A DNA stretch of 64,000 nucleotides, taken from the NCBI GenBank assembly GCA_965242925.1, contig CBDEUM010000038.1, positions 288,001 to 352,000 on the forward strand. The letters run 5' to 3'. This DNA is from Roseibacillus sp. Its GTDB lineage: Bacteria > Verrucomicrobiota > Verrucomicrobiia > Verrucomicrobiales > Akkermansiaceae. The notes below the pieces were generated by a model. The model made no database searches. It saw only the letters and a program-made list of their open reading frames with translations, and was not told the DNA's origin. The position numbers and the translations under genes were made by a program. Shown here in pieces: positions 36,825 through 45,241 of this stretch (position 1 is the first letter of the stretch; the number at the start of each line of letters is the position of its first letter).

Positions 36825-37763
36825 ATGAACTGGTCTAGCTTGGACACCTGGACGGTCGCGATTGGAGCGATTTGCGCGGTGGCCTGCGCCCTGCCTGGCT
36901 GTTTTCTCGTTCTTCGGCGCATGAGCATGATGGGGGATGCCATCAGCCATGCCGTCCTGCCCGGTCTGGCAGTGGCTTTCCTGATTACGCACAGCCGGGT
37001 GACTGTGGCGATGTTTGTCGGAGCGGTCTGCATGGGTCTGCTCACCGCGATTTTCACGCAGTGGATCAGCAAGTTCGGAAAGGTGGACCGGGGTGCGGCG
37101 ATGGGCATTGTATTTACGAGCCTCTTTGCCCTCGGTCTCATCCTGATCCGTCAATCCGCCAAGCACGTCGATCTTGATCCCAGCTGCGTGCTCTACGGTT
37201 CCTTGGAGTACTGTGTGCTTGATATGGTGCGGATGGGTGCTCTGGAAGTGCCCCGTGCGGCCCTGAGCACGGGTGCGGTAATGCTCGTGAATTTGCTCCT
37301 TTGTGCGCTTTTATTCAAAGAGCTGCGCATTAGCTCCTTCGATCCGACCCTGGCTACTACGATGGGAATCAATGCCAACCTGATGCATTATCTCCTCATG
37401 GCGGTCGTGGCAGTGACTACGGTTGCGGCCTTCGAGGCAGTGGGAAGCATCATTGTCATTGCCATGCTGATTGTTCCCCCTGCCACGGCTCTCTTGCTCA
37501 CCAATCGCTTGCCATTTGTGCTCATATTGAGCGCGGTGATCGGCATTGCCTCGGCCTTTCTGGGGCATCTTGGAGCATTGACCGTCCCTCCGCTCTTCGA
37601 TCTGGGGGGCACGGTGAGTTCCGGCATGATGGCAGTGGCCGCCGGCCTGCTGTTCTGTCTCGCGTGGCTTCTGTCGCCGCAACAGGGGTTGCTGGTTCGT
37701 TGGTTCGGGCGGGATTTTGGACATGGAGAGGAATCCCAGGATTTCCCCGAGGAGACGGTCTAA
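36825..37763 (+). CDS. Metal ABC permease (TroD/MntD type)
   Basis: MMGDAISHAVLPG, VFTSLFALG, SFDPTLA, AVGSIIVIAMLIVPP. Confidence 0.93.
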   Translation: MNWSSLDTWTVAIGAICAVACALPGCFLVLRRMSMMGDAISHAVLPGLAVAFLITHSRVTVAMFVGAVCMGLLTAIFTQWISKFGKVDRGAAMGIVFTSLFALGLILIRQSAKHVDLDPSCVLYGSLEYCVLDMVRMGALEVPRAALSTGAVMLVNLLLCALLFKELRISSFDPTLATTMGINANLMHYLLMAVVAVTTVAAFEAVGSIIVIAMLIVPPATALLLTNRLPFVLILSAVIGIASAFLGHLGALTVPPLFDLGGTVSSGMMAVAAGLLFCLAWLLSPQQGLLVRWFGRDFGHGEESQDFPEETV

Positions 37764-37845
37764 CACCCTGCCGGGAGCAAGCCTCCCCGCTTCTTTACAC
37801 GATCTGGCGGTCAATCACTTGCTCACAAGAGTTTGCGATCAATGG

Positions 37846-37875
37846 TTGCGCGTAATCTAAATGCTGTGTTATCAT
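37846..37875 (+). promoter_or_regulatory. Putative sigma70 promoter for the SNF2 helicase
   Basis: TTGCGC-N18-TATCAT with an extended -10 TG. Confidence 0.45.
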
Positions 37876-37905
37876 GGCGTTCTGCTGGCTGTGCGGGTTG
37901 TCACT

Positions 37906-38018
37906 CATTCCGTAGCGCCAGCCCCATTCCGTAGCGCCAGCCCCATTCCGTAGCGCCAGCCCCATTCCGTAGCGCCAGCCCCATTCCGTAGCGCCAGCCC
38001 CATTCCGTAGTACCAGCC
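37906..38018. repeat. 19-bp tandem repeat CATTCCGTAGCGCCAGCCC x5 plus one variant copy
   Basis: Five perfect adjacent units, then CATTCCGTAGTACCAGCC, ending 9 nt before ATG 38028. Confidence 0.97.
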
Positions 38019-38027
38019 TTATTGATC

Positions 38028-41000
38028 ATGACAGAATCAACGATGTCCGCGTTGAATCCGGACCGCGCGACGCTGAACTTCCTCAACGGCTTTCCCGAGA
38101 AGGTCCGTAAGAAGGGAGAGAAACTGCAGCAGGATGGTGCAGTTACGCAGATATTCGGCAACCATCTCTTCATTCAGGGCCGGGTGGAGGACAAGGCCGG
38201 GACACACCGGACGACTCTCCGTCTCCAGGGCAACCGCTGGTTCGGGAACTGCACGGAAGAAGATGAAGCCATCGCGGGCGCCGCCATGTATGCGACCATG
38301 CTGGAGCGCATGCACCGTGGCGAAGATCTGCCCGAGTCACCTAATGAGTTTGACGACACTCCGGTTATCGATCTCATCGAGGACAGGATTGAGCGCGAGG
38401 TCGATGACAGCGAGGCCGACTTCGTGAGCAAGGTGGAGAAGCGTTATCGGCGTTACGTGATAGAGGGAGAGATCCACGATCATGATATGGTGCGCCTGAG
38501 TCCCCGGTGGGAGATCAACAGCTATGAACCACTTGAGCTCTGGCCCGTTCCGCCAGGGGACATCATCGAGTTCTGGAACTATATTGCTTATGCCTTTTAC
38601 AAGCGCAAACTGAACTACCCGGACTTCATGAATGCGATCACCGACCTTGGGGCGGTGCAGCGCAAGATGAAGGACTGGGAACAGGAGCGGGAGATTGCCG
38701 CATGGTACGACCGCATTGAGCGGGTCAACGACCGACCGCCGCAACTTGAGCCGATTGGAGCTGAGTTCCGTCTGGTGGCCACCATCAATGAAGCCCGAAT
38801 AGAGGCCCGGGAAGGAGAGGGTGAGTGGTATGCCCTGCGCGAAAGACAGGAGATCGAGCGACTCCTAGAGCTCTACAAGGATGCCGCTTTGCGGACGGAT
38901 GCCGCGAGTCAGATTATCTGGGAGCATTTTCTCAATCACTACACGGAGCACGGAGATTCCAAACTGGATCTTGACGAGGAGATTGCCTGCCGATTCCTGA
39001 ACCGCATGTTTTGTCAGGAGGCAGTGAGCAGCCGTCTGGTCAATCTTGACGCCCGCGAGTTCAAGATGGTCAGGGAGCCGCTCAAATGGATATGCGAAGA
39101 TGATCCGGCCAATCCCAATTGTTTCGCCCTGCAGTTGGTGACCAAGGACGGGGAGGAAGTCTCCCACTCGGTCCGACTTCTGCCTGGCCGGGAGGAGCTT
39201 TATCAGTCAGACGAGACGGTCTTTCCCGGTCCTCCCCGGTGGTTGGAGGAGACTGAAGTGATGCCTCGGTACCTTATTCCGAAGACGGTTATCGACAGCC
39301 TGGAAGGGGTGGAATTTCTCAGAAAAATTGGAGCCAGACTTCCGGAATCGATGCGCCGCAGGGTTGTCGACCTAGATCTTTATCCCCGTTTTGAGATGAA
39401 GATCATACAGGGTCTGACTGCGGCGGAAACCGAGCACCTTGTCATTGACGTGACGGCTCTTGAGAAGAAAGAGCGCCGTTGTGAGAAACTGGTCAAGGGG
39501 GGCTGGGAAATGGTGGAACAGAAGCCGGTAAGGGGGAAGCAGCTCCTTCGATTTGCGAGAGAGAAACTTTACCCCGTCCCTGATATTCTGGCCGAACAGG
39601 GCCTCTCTTACGACGAGAAGCTAGGGGCCTTCAAGACGCGCATCACCAAGCAGTTCCCCGAGAGATTTGCGGAGTGGAACGAGAAGATGCCCGATTTTGC
39701 CGAGATTGAGATGGATGGCAAGCTGCGCACGATCCTCGCGGATCCGGTCTCGGCCGCTGTTCGTTTCGAAGTGATCAACCAGGAGATCGACTGGTTTGAC
39801 TTGCGGGTGGTCATCGACGTGGAAGGCGTTGATCTCACCAAGGCCCAGATCCGGCAGCTGGTTGCGGCTCGTGGCGGCTATGTGCGTATGGACGACGGTT
39901 CGTGGATGCGTCTCGAGATCAAGCTCGATCCCGATCAGCGTGATGCAGTAACACGGTTGGGACTGGATCCCTTTGATCTCTCCGGTGAAACTCACCGCAT
40001 GCATGCCATGCAGCTGGCGGATCCGAAGGCGGCTGAAGTCTTCGACCCCAAAGCCTGGAAGCGCATCAAGGATAGTGCCAGGGATATTACGATAGAGGTG
40101 GAACCGGAGCTGCCGTCGGGTCTGCAGGCGGAGCTGAGGCCTTATCAGGTCGATGGGTTCCACTTCCTCGCTTATCTCGCAACCAACCACTTCGGCGGAA
40201 TCCTGGCCGACGACATGGGCCTCGGTAAGACAATCCAGAGTCTTACCTATATGCTCTGGTTACGCCGTCTGGCCAAGGAACAGGGCAAGCACATGCCGGC
40301 CCTGGTGGTGTGTCCCAAATCCGTGCTCGACGTCTGGGCCGTGGAAGCCGACCGTTTTGCCCCGGAGCTCAAGGTGCAGGTCCTGCGGAGTCGAGATCAG
40401 CTGGATCTCGAAGCTCTCAAGAGCGAACTCGATCTCCTCGTGCTGAATTACGCCCAATTGCGGGTGGGCGGTGACGAGCTCAACAAGGTGAAGTGGCTGG
40501 TGGTCATTCTGGATGAGGGTCAACAGATCAAAAATCCGGATTCGAAGGCCGCGAAATGCGCCCGTGAACTGGATGCAGAAAATCGTCTGGTGCTCACGGG
40601 AACGCCCATCGAGAACCGCCTGATGGACATGTGGTCCCTTATGGCTTTTGCCATGCCCGGAGTGCTGGGCTCCCGTGCCTACTTCAAGAAGCGCTTTGAT
40701 AAGCGCAAGGACCCCAACTCACAGAACCGTCTTGCAGCCCGGCTTCGCCCATTCCTTCTGCGCCGGACCAAGGGGCAGGTGGCCAAGGATCTGCCGCCAA
40801 GGACCGAGGAGGAGGTTTATGCCAACATGGACGGCATACAGATGGAACTGTACAAGGCGGAACTCAAGCGCATCCAGAAAGCACTCCTTGGTCTCGACTC
40901 GGACGAGGCGGTAAAGAAGAACAGCTTCGCCATCCTGCAGGGTCTCATGCGTCTACGGCAGATCTGCTGCCATCCTGGACTGATTGATTCGAAGTATCTC

Positions 41001-41555
41001 AAGGAGGAAAGCTCAAAGTTGACCGCTCTCTTCTACCTGCTTGACCAGTTGCGCGAGGAGGGACACAAGGTTCTGGTATTCTCCCAGTTTGTTTCCATGC
41101 TGGAAATCATCAGGACCCAGTTGGAGGTCGAGAGCCGTCCCTTCAACTACCTCACCGGTCAGACCAAGGATCGTAAGGGGGAGATCGAAAGATTCCAGAC
41201 CTGCAAAGAGGCCTCCGTCTTCCTGCTGTCCCTCAAGGCAGGTGGCTCCGGGTTGAACCTGACCTCTGCCTCCTACGTCATACTCTACGATCCGTGGTGG
41301 AACCCGGCGGTGGAAAACCAAGCCATCGACCGGACGCACCGGATTGGGCAGAAGAACAAGGTGATTGCCTACAGGCTTCTCACCCGGGACTCGGTAGAGG
41401 AGAAGATCCGCGTTCTTCAGCACCAGAAGACCGCTCTGGTCACCAACGTTCTCGGCGATGAGGGCTTTGCGAGTAACCTCGATCTCGAAGATCTGCAGTT
41501 CATCCTCAGTCACGGAGGAGAAATGGAAGGGGACGCAGAGGAGGGCGCCGGATGA
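38028..41555 (+). CDS. SNF2/SWI2-family helicase-like ATPase
   Basis: LRPYQ, ILADDMGLGKT, VILDEGQQIKN, LTGTPIEN, LRQICCHP, VFSQF, SLKAGGSGLNL, DPWWNPAVENQAIDRTHRIGQ. Confidence 0.95.
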   Translation: MTESTMSALNPDRATLNFLNGFPEKVRKKGEKLQQDGAVTQIFGNHLFIQGRVEDKAGTHRTTLRLQGNRWFGNCTEEDEAIAGAAMYATMLERMHRGEDLPESPNEFDDTPVIDLIEDRIEREVDDSEADFVSKVEKRYRRYVIEGEIHDHDMVRLSPRWEINSYEPLELWPVPPGDIIEFWNYIAYAFYKRKLNYPDFMNAITDLGAVQRKMKDWEQEREIAAWYDRIERVNDRPPQLEPIGAEFRLVATINEARIEAREGEGEWYALRERQEIERLLELYKDAALRTDAASQIIWEHFLNHYTEHGDSKLDLDEEIACRFLNRMFCQEAVSSRLVNLDAREFKMVREPLKWICEDDPANPNCFALQLVTKDGEEVSHSVRLLPGREELYQSDETVFPGPPRWLEETEVMPRYLIPKTVIDSLEGVEFLRKIGARLPESMRRRVVDLDLYPRFEMKIIQGLTAAETEHLVIDVTALEKKERRCEKLVKGGWEMVEQKPVRGKQLLRFAREKLYPVPDILAEQGLSYDEKLGAFKTRITKQFPERFAEWNEKMPDFAEIEMDGKLRTILADPVSAAVRFEVINQEIDWFDLRVVIDVEGVDLTKAQIRQLVAARGGYVRMDDGSWMRLEIKLDPDQRDAVTRLGLDPFDLSGETHRMHAMQLADPKAAEVFDPKAWKRIKDSARDITIEVEPELPSGLQAELRPYQVDGFHFLAYLATNHFGGILADDMGLGKTIQSLTYMLWLRRLAKEQGKHMPALVVCPKSVLDVWAVEADRFAPELKVQVLRSRDQLDLEALKSELDLLVLNYAQLRVGGDELNKVKWLVVILDEGQQIKNPDSKAAKCARELDAENRLVLTGTPIENRLMDMWSLMAFAMPGVLGSRAYFKKRFDKRKDPNSQNRLAARLRPFLLRRTKGQVAKDLPPRTEEEVYANMDGIQMELYKAELKRIQKALLGLDSDEAVKKNSFAILQGLMRLRQICCHPGLIDSKYLKEESSKLTALFYLLDQLREEGHKVLVFSQFVSMLEIIRTQLEVESRPFNYLTGQTKDRKGEIERFQTCKEASVFLLSLKAGGSGLNLTSASYVILYDPWWNPAVENQAIDRTHRIGQKNKVIAYRLLTRDSVEEKIRVLQHQKTALVTNVLGDEGFASNLDLEDLQFILSHGGEMEGDAEEGAG

Positions 41556-41926
41556 TTCTCAGTCCGCGAATTGCAGGATGTGGCGTCGGTTTTCACCGAT
41601 GAATGGGAAAGGCCTGCCCGCCCCTTGATCCCTTTCTGGCCCTCGATTGAAGGGTTCGCCACTGGCTTTGAGCAAGGGCTTGCCGGCTCTTTGAGGCAAT
41701 CGGAATAAGGCATTCGGGCAGAAGGATCCCCTGTGGCTGGGTCAGATTATCCGATTGTTGACTGGCGCCTCTGAGTGACCTGATTCTTCCACTCCTGTGA
41801 AGAGGCGACGGAGGTCCTTCAGTTTTCCGTTGTTTTGAGATGAAGGAAGTGCTGGCATTGGCTGCGCCCCGGGATGGATTGCTATAAGAACGCCGCCTCG
41901 GAACAACTTTCCCGATCAATACTGCC

Positions 41927-42961
41927 ATGAGTCACACAACCCGAATTCCATCCGTCCTTACCGTTGCGGTGGGGAGCATCCTGCTTCTTCATCCAGTCGC
42001 GGCCAAGTCTGCTGCCGAGCGCGAGGTCTACAAAGAAGTCATCGTACCGATTCTGCGAGGCAAGTGTTACCAATGTCATGCCGATGCTGCTGATAATCCG
42101 AGTGGAAGGAAGAAGATCAAAGCCAAACTGGACCTGACCACTATTGATCTGATCAAGAAAGGGGGTGATGAGGGACCAGCGGCAGTGGCGGGGGATCTCG
42201 AGGAAAGCATCATGATCGAGCGGATCAACCTTCCGCATGACGACGACGATCACATGCCACCCGAGGACAAACCCCAGCTCGAGGAGCATGAACTGAAGGT
42301 GCTCAAGTGGTGGATCAAGGCCAGCCTCCCGGCGGGAAAGAGCATGAAGGACGCAGGCGCTCCTGACGACATCCTGGCGGCTGCAGAGAAGGTGCCCTCC
42401 GATGAGGAGGTCAAGAAGGCTCTGGTGAAGATGTTTGCTGCAGCGGAGCAAAACGTTGCCAAGTTGGCAGCCGCTCGCAAGGCGCTGGAAGGAGCGATTG
42501 CCGAGGTGTCAGAGCAGTTCCCCAATGCGATTGGCTTTGTTTCCCAGCAGGACAGCGACCTGACCTTCACAGCGGTGAGCATGCGCAAGGATTTCAAGGA
42601 CGAGCACCTGACCAAACTTGCTCCGGTGAGCGGCGGACTGGTCGATGTCAACCTGGGAGCCACTTCCATCACCGATGCCGGGATGGCAAATCTGAGCAAA
42701 ATGCCGAAACTCAGGAAACTCTGGCTTAATGGAACGGGAATCACGGACGCCGGTCTGGATTCCATCAAGGCCTTGAACGCACTGGAATATCTCAACCTTT
42801 ACGGAACGCAGGTGACCGACGAGGGACTCAGGAAGCTCGCAGGTCTGAAGAATCTCAAGAAACTCTATCTCTGGCAGACGAAGGTGACTTCCGGCGCAGT
42901 AGAGGAGTTCAAGAAGAGCGCCAAGGACTGTGACGTGAACATGGGGATCAAGATCGAGTAG
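41927..42961 (+). CDS. Planctomycete-type cytochrome c domain plus leucine-rich repeat protein
   Basis: Signal peptide; CYQCH, HMPP, WWIKA; LRRs (LxLxxTxITDAGL). Confidence 0.85.
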   Translation: MSHTTRIPSVLTVAVGSILLLHPVAAKSAAEREVYKEVIVPILRGKCYQCHADAADNPSGRKKIKAKLDLTTIDLIKKGGDEGPAAVAGDLEESIMIERINLPHDDDDHMPPEDKPQLEEHELKVLKWWIKASLPAGKSMKDAGAPDDILAAAEKVPSDEEVKKALVKMFAAAEQNVAKLAAARKALEGAIAEVSEQFPNAIGFVSQQDSDLTFTAVSMRKDFKDEHLTKLAPVSGGLVDVNLGATSITDAGMANLSKMPKLRKLWLNGTGITDAGLDSIKALNALEYLNLYGTQVTDEGLRKLAGLKNLKKLYLWQTKVTSGAVEEFKKSAKDCDVNMGIKIE

Positions 42962-43053
42962 GAAGGAAACCTGCGGACCGGATCAAGTTTGAATCCCGCG
43001 GTATCCCACCGCCGCCGGACCCGTGGGGAGAGAGCCCTCGATCCGGACCTTTG

Positions 43054-44424
43054 TTACGGGGAGTCCCCGCCCTGGGAGCGATTGCGGAACTGCTGTCTGC
43101 GATCGGCGTCACGGATGATCCGGCCCTGCTGCTCAGTGGAAAGTCCGCTGTTTGGGAGCCATGCACGGGCTTCCTCCGGGTCCTTTCGGATCCAGGAGTG
43201 GGCGACCCCGTTCAGGGTTTCCATGCGGATTTCATCATTTGCGATGGAACCGGCCCATTCTGCCGCCATCTGGGGGTCTGAGCCGTCAATCTCATTGGCA
43301 TAGCTCCGCACTGCCGTATCGCGGGATGCAGAAGGATCCATTTCGCGCAGGAAGTTGCCGGCCGAAACCGGATCCTCGCGCGTCCAGCGCTCCATGGACT
43401 GGTAAATCGCTCGTGACTGGTTGGCTTCGGGGAGATCTGCCAGCCAGCGGACGGCTTCCTCGGGACTCTCCCGACCAAGTTCTTCGGCTACCTCGCGCAC
43501 GGCCCGTTCGGCGTAATCCTTGTCGGCGTGACTCTCCACCCAGGCCGCCGCTGCGGCAGGATCTTCCTTGGCGAACTGATCAGCTACCCGGTCGAAGGCG
43601 GAAGCCTTGATCGTTCCTTCCGGGAGTTGTTCGGCCCACGCGGTTGCGTTGGACATGCCGCGTTCAATCTGGGCACTCGCGATGGTGTCGAGTTGCCGGT
43701 CAAAGGCGTAGGCGCGGGTCCGCTCCCACCACTGGCGCTGGCCTTCCTCGGTGCCGGAGTTGGCGAGGGTATCCTGTTGGGACTGGTCGAGTTCCAGGAC
43801 AAAGGCGGTGGCGGCCTCGGGGTCGGAGCTTGCCAGGCCATTCACGATGCCCTGGGCGAGCACGCCTTTCACCAAATCATTGTCGAGACCCTTGAGGTGT
43901 GCTTTGGCGCCCTCCGGATCAGTGCTGGCCCAACCTGTCATCGCTGCGATTCCGGCCTGCCCCTGTCGGCGGGGATCCCGATCCAGTTCCTCAACTGCCT
44001 TCATGGCGGTGGCGCCGTCCAGTTGTCCCCAGGCGCGCAGGAAGAGAGACATTTGCGCATCTGAACTACCCCTGCGATTCTTGCGCAAGCCGTCGAAGAT
44101 GCTCCGTGCGCTGGAGGCGTCCATGCTGAGGATGAGATCAGCGAACAGTTTGTTGGCAATAAGCGGGTCACGTTCATTGAGAAACTGGGAGACAGTTACC
44201 CCTGATCCGGGCAGGTTGTTGTCGGAAGACGAACGTCCTGAAGCCTTGTCCCCTCTCTGCGTCGTGGAGTAATTCCCGGTCCGGGTTGCGCTGCTCTTGC
44301 CGGATCGGCTTTTGCTGGCATCTCCGTCTGAAGCCTCACCTGAGTTCATGCTGGAGCGACCGAAGAGGAAGGCTGCAGCGGCGAGAGCGAGCCAGATGGC
44401 GTGGAGGGTGAGGGACTTGTTCAT
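43054..44424 (-). CDS. Membrane-anchored helical-repeat hypothetical protein
   Basis: N-terminal hydrophobic anchor, Ser-rich linker, recurring DPxxAxxW-type repeats. Confidence 0.8.
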   Translation of the reverse strand: MNKSLTLHAIWLALAAAAFLFGRSSMNSGEASDGDASKSRSGKSSATRTGNYSTTQRGDKASGRSSSDNNLPGSGVTVSQFLNERDPLIANKLFADLILSMDASSARSIFDGLRKNRRGSSDAQMSLFLRAWGQLDGATAMKAVEELDRDPRRQGQAGIAAMTGWASTDPEGAKAHLKGLDNDLVKGVLAQGIVNGLASSDPEAATAFVLELDQSQQDTLANSGTEEGQRQWWERTRAYAFDRQLDTIASAQIERGMSNATAWAEQLPEGTIKASAFDRVADQFAKEDPAAAAAWVESHADKDYAERAVREVAEELGRESPEEAVRWLADLPEANQSRAIYQSMERWTREDPVSAGNFLREMDPSASRDTAVRSYANEIDGSDPQMAAEWAGSIANDEIRMETLNGVAHSWIRKDPEEARAWLPNSGLSTEQQGRIIRDADRRQQFRNRSQGGDSP

Positions 44425-44454
44425 GGGCAGGATTCAGGATGGGTTATCATGAGC

Positions 44455-44486
44455 ATGCGTGAATGATGGTGGGAATCCGCAGAGAA
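44455..44486 (-). promoter_or_regulatory. Putative ECF-sigma promoter, copy 1
   Basis: Minus strand reads TTCTCTGCGG-N17-CGCAT, 30 nt upstream of ATG 44424. Confidence 0.6.
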
Positions 44487-44504
44487 TTGACAGATTGAGG
44501 TTTC

Positions 44505-45065
44505 TCAGGAGGGATGCTTGATCTCCCGATGAAGCCAAGTCTTGCCATAGGTCCAGAGGGCCTCCGCGGAGCGCTTTTTGAGATCCATGGCCTCGGCAGC
44601 TTCAGCCATTGTCATCCCCACGAAATAACGGAGTTTGACCAATGTTGCAACCTGCGAATCTACCGCTTCAAGGCGGCCCAGGGCCTCGTGGACCGCAATC
44701 AACTCCTCGGACGGAGCGTTCACCACGATGGAGAGTTCAGCGGCATCAAGTTCCACTTTGGGTGTGCCGGACCCCCGTTTCTGGCTCTTCTTCCTGCGCG
44801 CATGGTCGATAAGGATGCGCCGCATGGCCTCGGCGGCCGCACCGAAGAAGTGGTTGCGGTTTTTCCAGTTTGGCTCCGAGGTGCCCTCCAGACGGAGCCA
44901 CGCTTCGTGTACGAGAGCGGTGGCCTGGAGGGTATGTCCAGCGCGTTCGCCCGCCATCCTGCGGCGGGCGAGGCTGCGCAATTCCTCGTAGACGGCAGGA
45001 AGAAGTTCTTCCGCCGTGCACTCTCCGGTCTCCATCCGGCAGAGAATGCGGGTCACGTCGTCCAA
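44505..45065 (-). CDS. ECF sigma factor, TIGR02999/ECF43-like (kinase-associated)
   Basis: DVTRIL, LLPAVYEELR, HTLQATALVHEAWLRL, HFFGAAAEAMRRILIDHAR, LVKLRYF; TTG start at 45065 preferred. Confidence 0.9.
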   Translation of the reverse strand: MDDVTRILCRMETGECTAEELLPAVYEELRSLARRRMAGERAGHTLQATALVHEAWLRLEGTSEPNWKNRNHFFGAAAEAMRRILIDHARRKKSQKRGSGTPKVELDAAELSIVVNAPSEELIAVHEALGRLEAVDSQVATLVKLRYFVGMTMAEAAEAMDLKKRSAEALWTYGKTWLHREIKHPS

Positions 45066-45125
45066 GGTAAGGTGGAGAGTCCTCCATGCCCCGGATTCTG
45101 TCAACGGGCAGCACGGGAAGAAAGG

Positions 45126-45157
45126 TTCTCTGCGGGAATTTCGACAAATTTGCGCAT
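45126..45157 (+). promoter_or_regulatory. Putative ECF-sigma promoter, copy 2
   Basis: TTCTCTGCGG-N17-CGCAT upstream of the kinase gene. Confidence 0.6.
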
Positions 45158-45241
45158 AATGAGGATGGCGATGGTATTATGTCCTCGTACAGTTCGTGAG
45201 GTCTCGGACCCTTCACCGACAACCAGTCAACGATCGCTGCC

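Noticed and set aside
37906..38018. CRISPR array (also considered for 6771-6829)
   Set aside because: Units are directly adjacent with no unique spacers, and no cas genes are present
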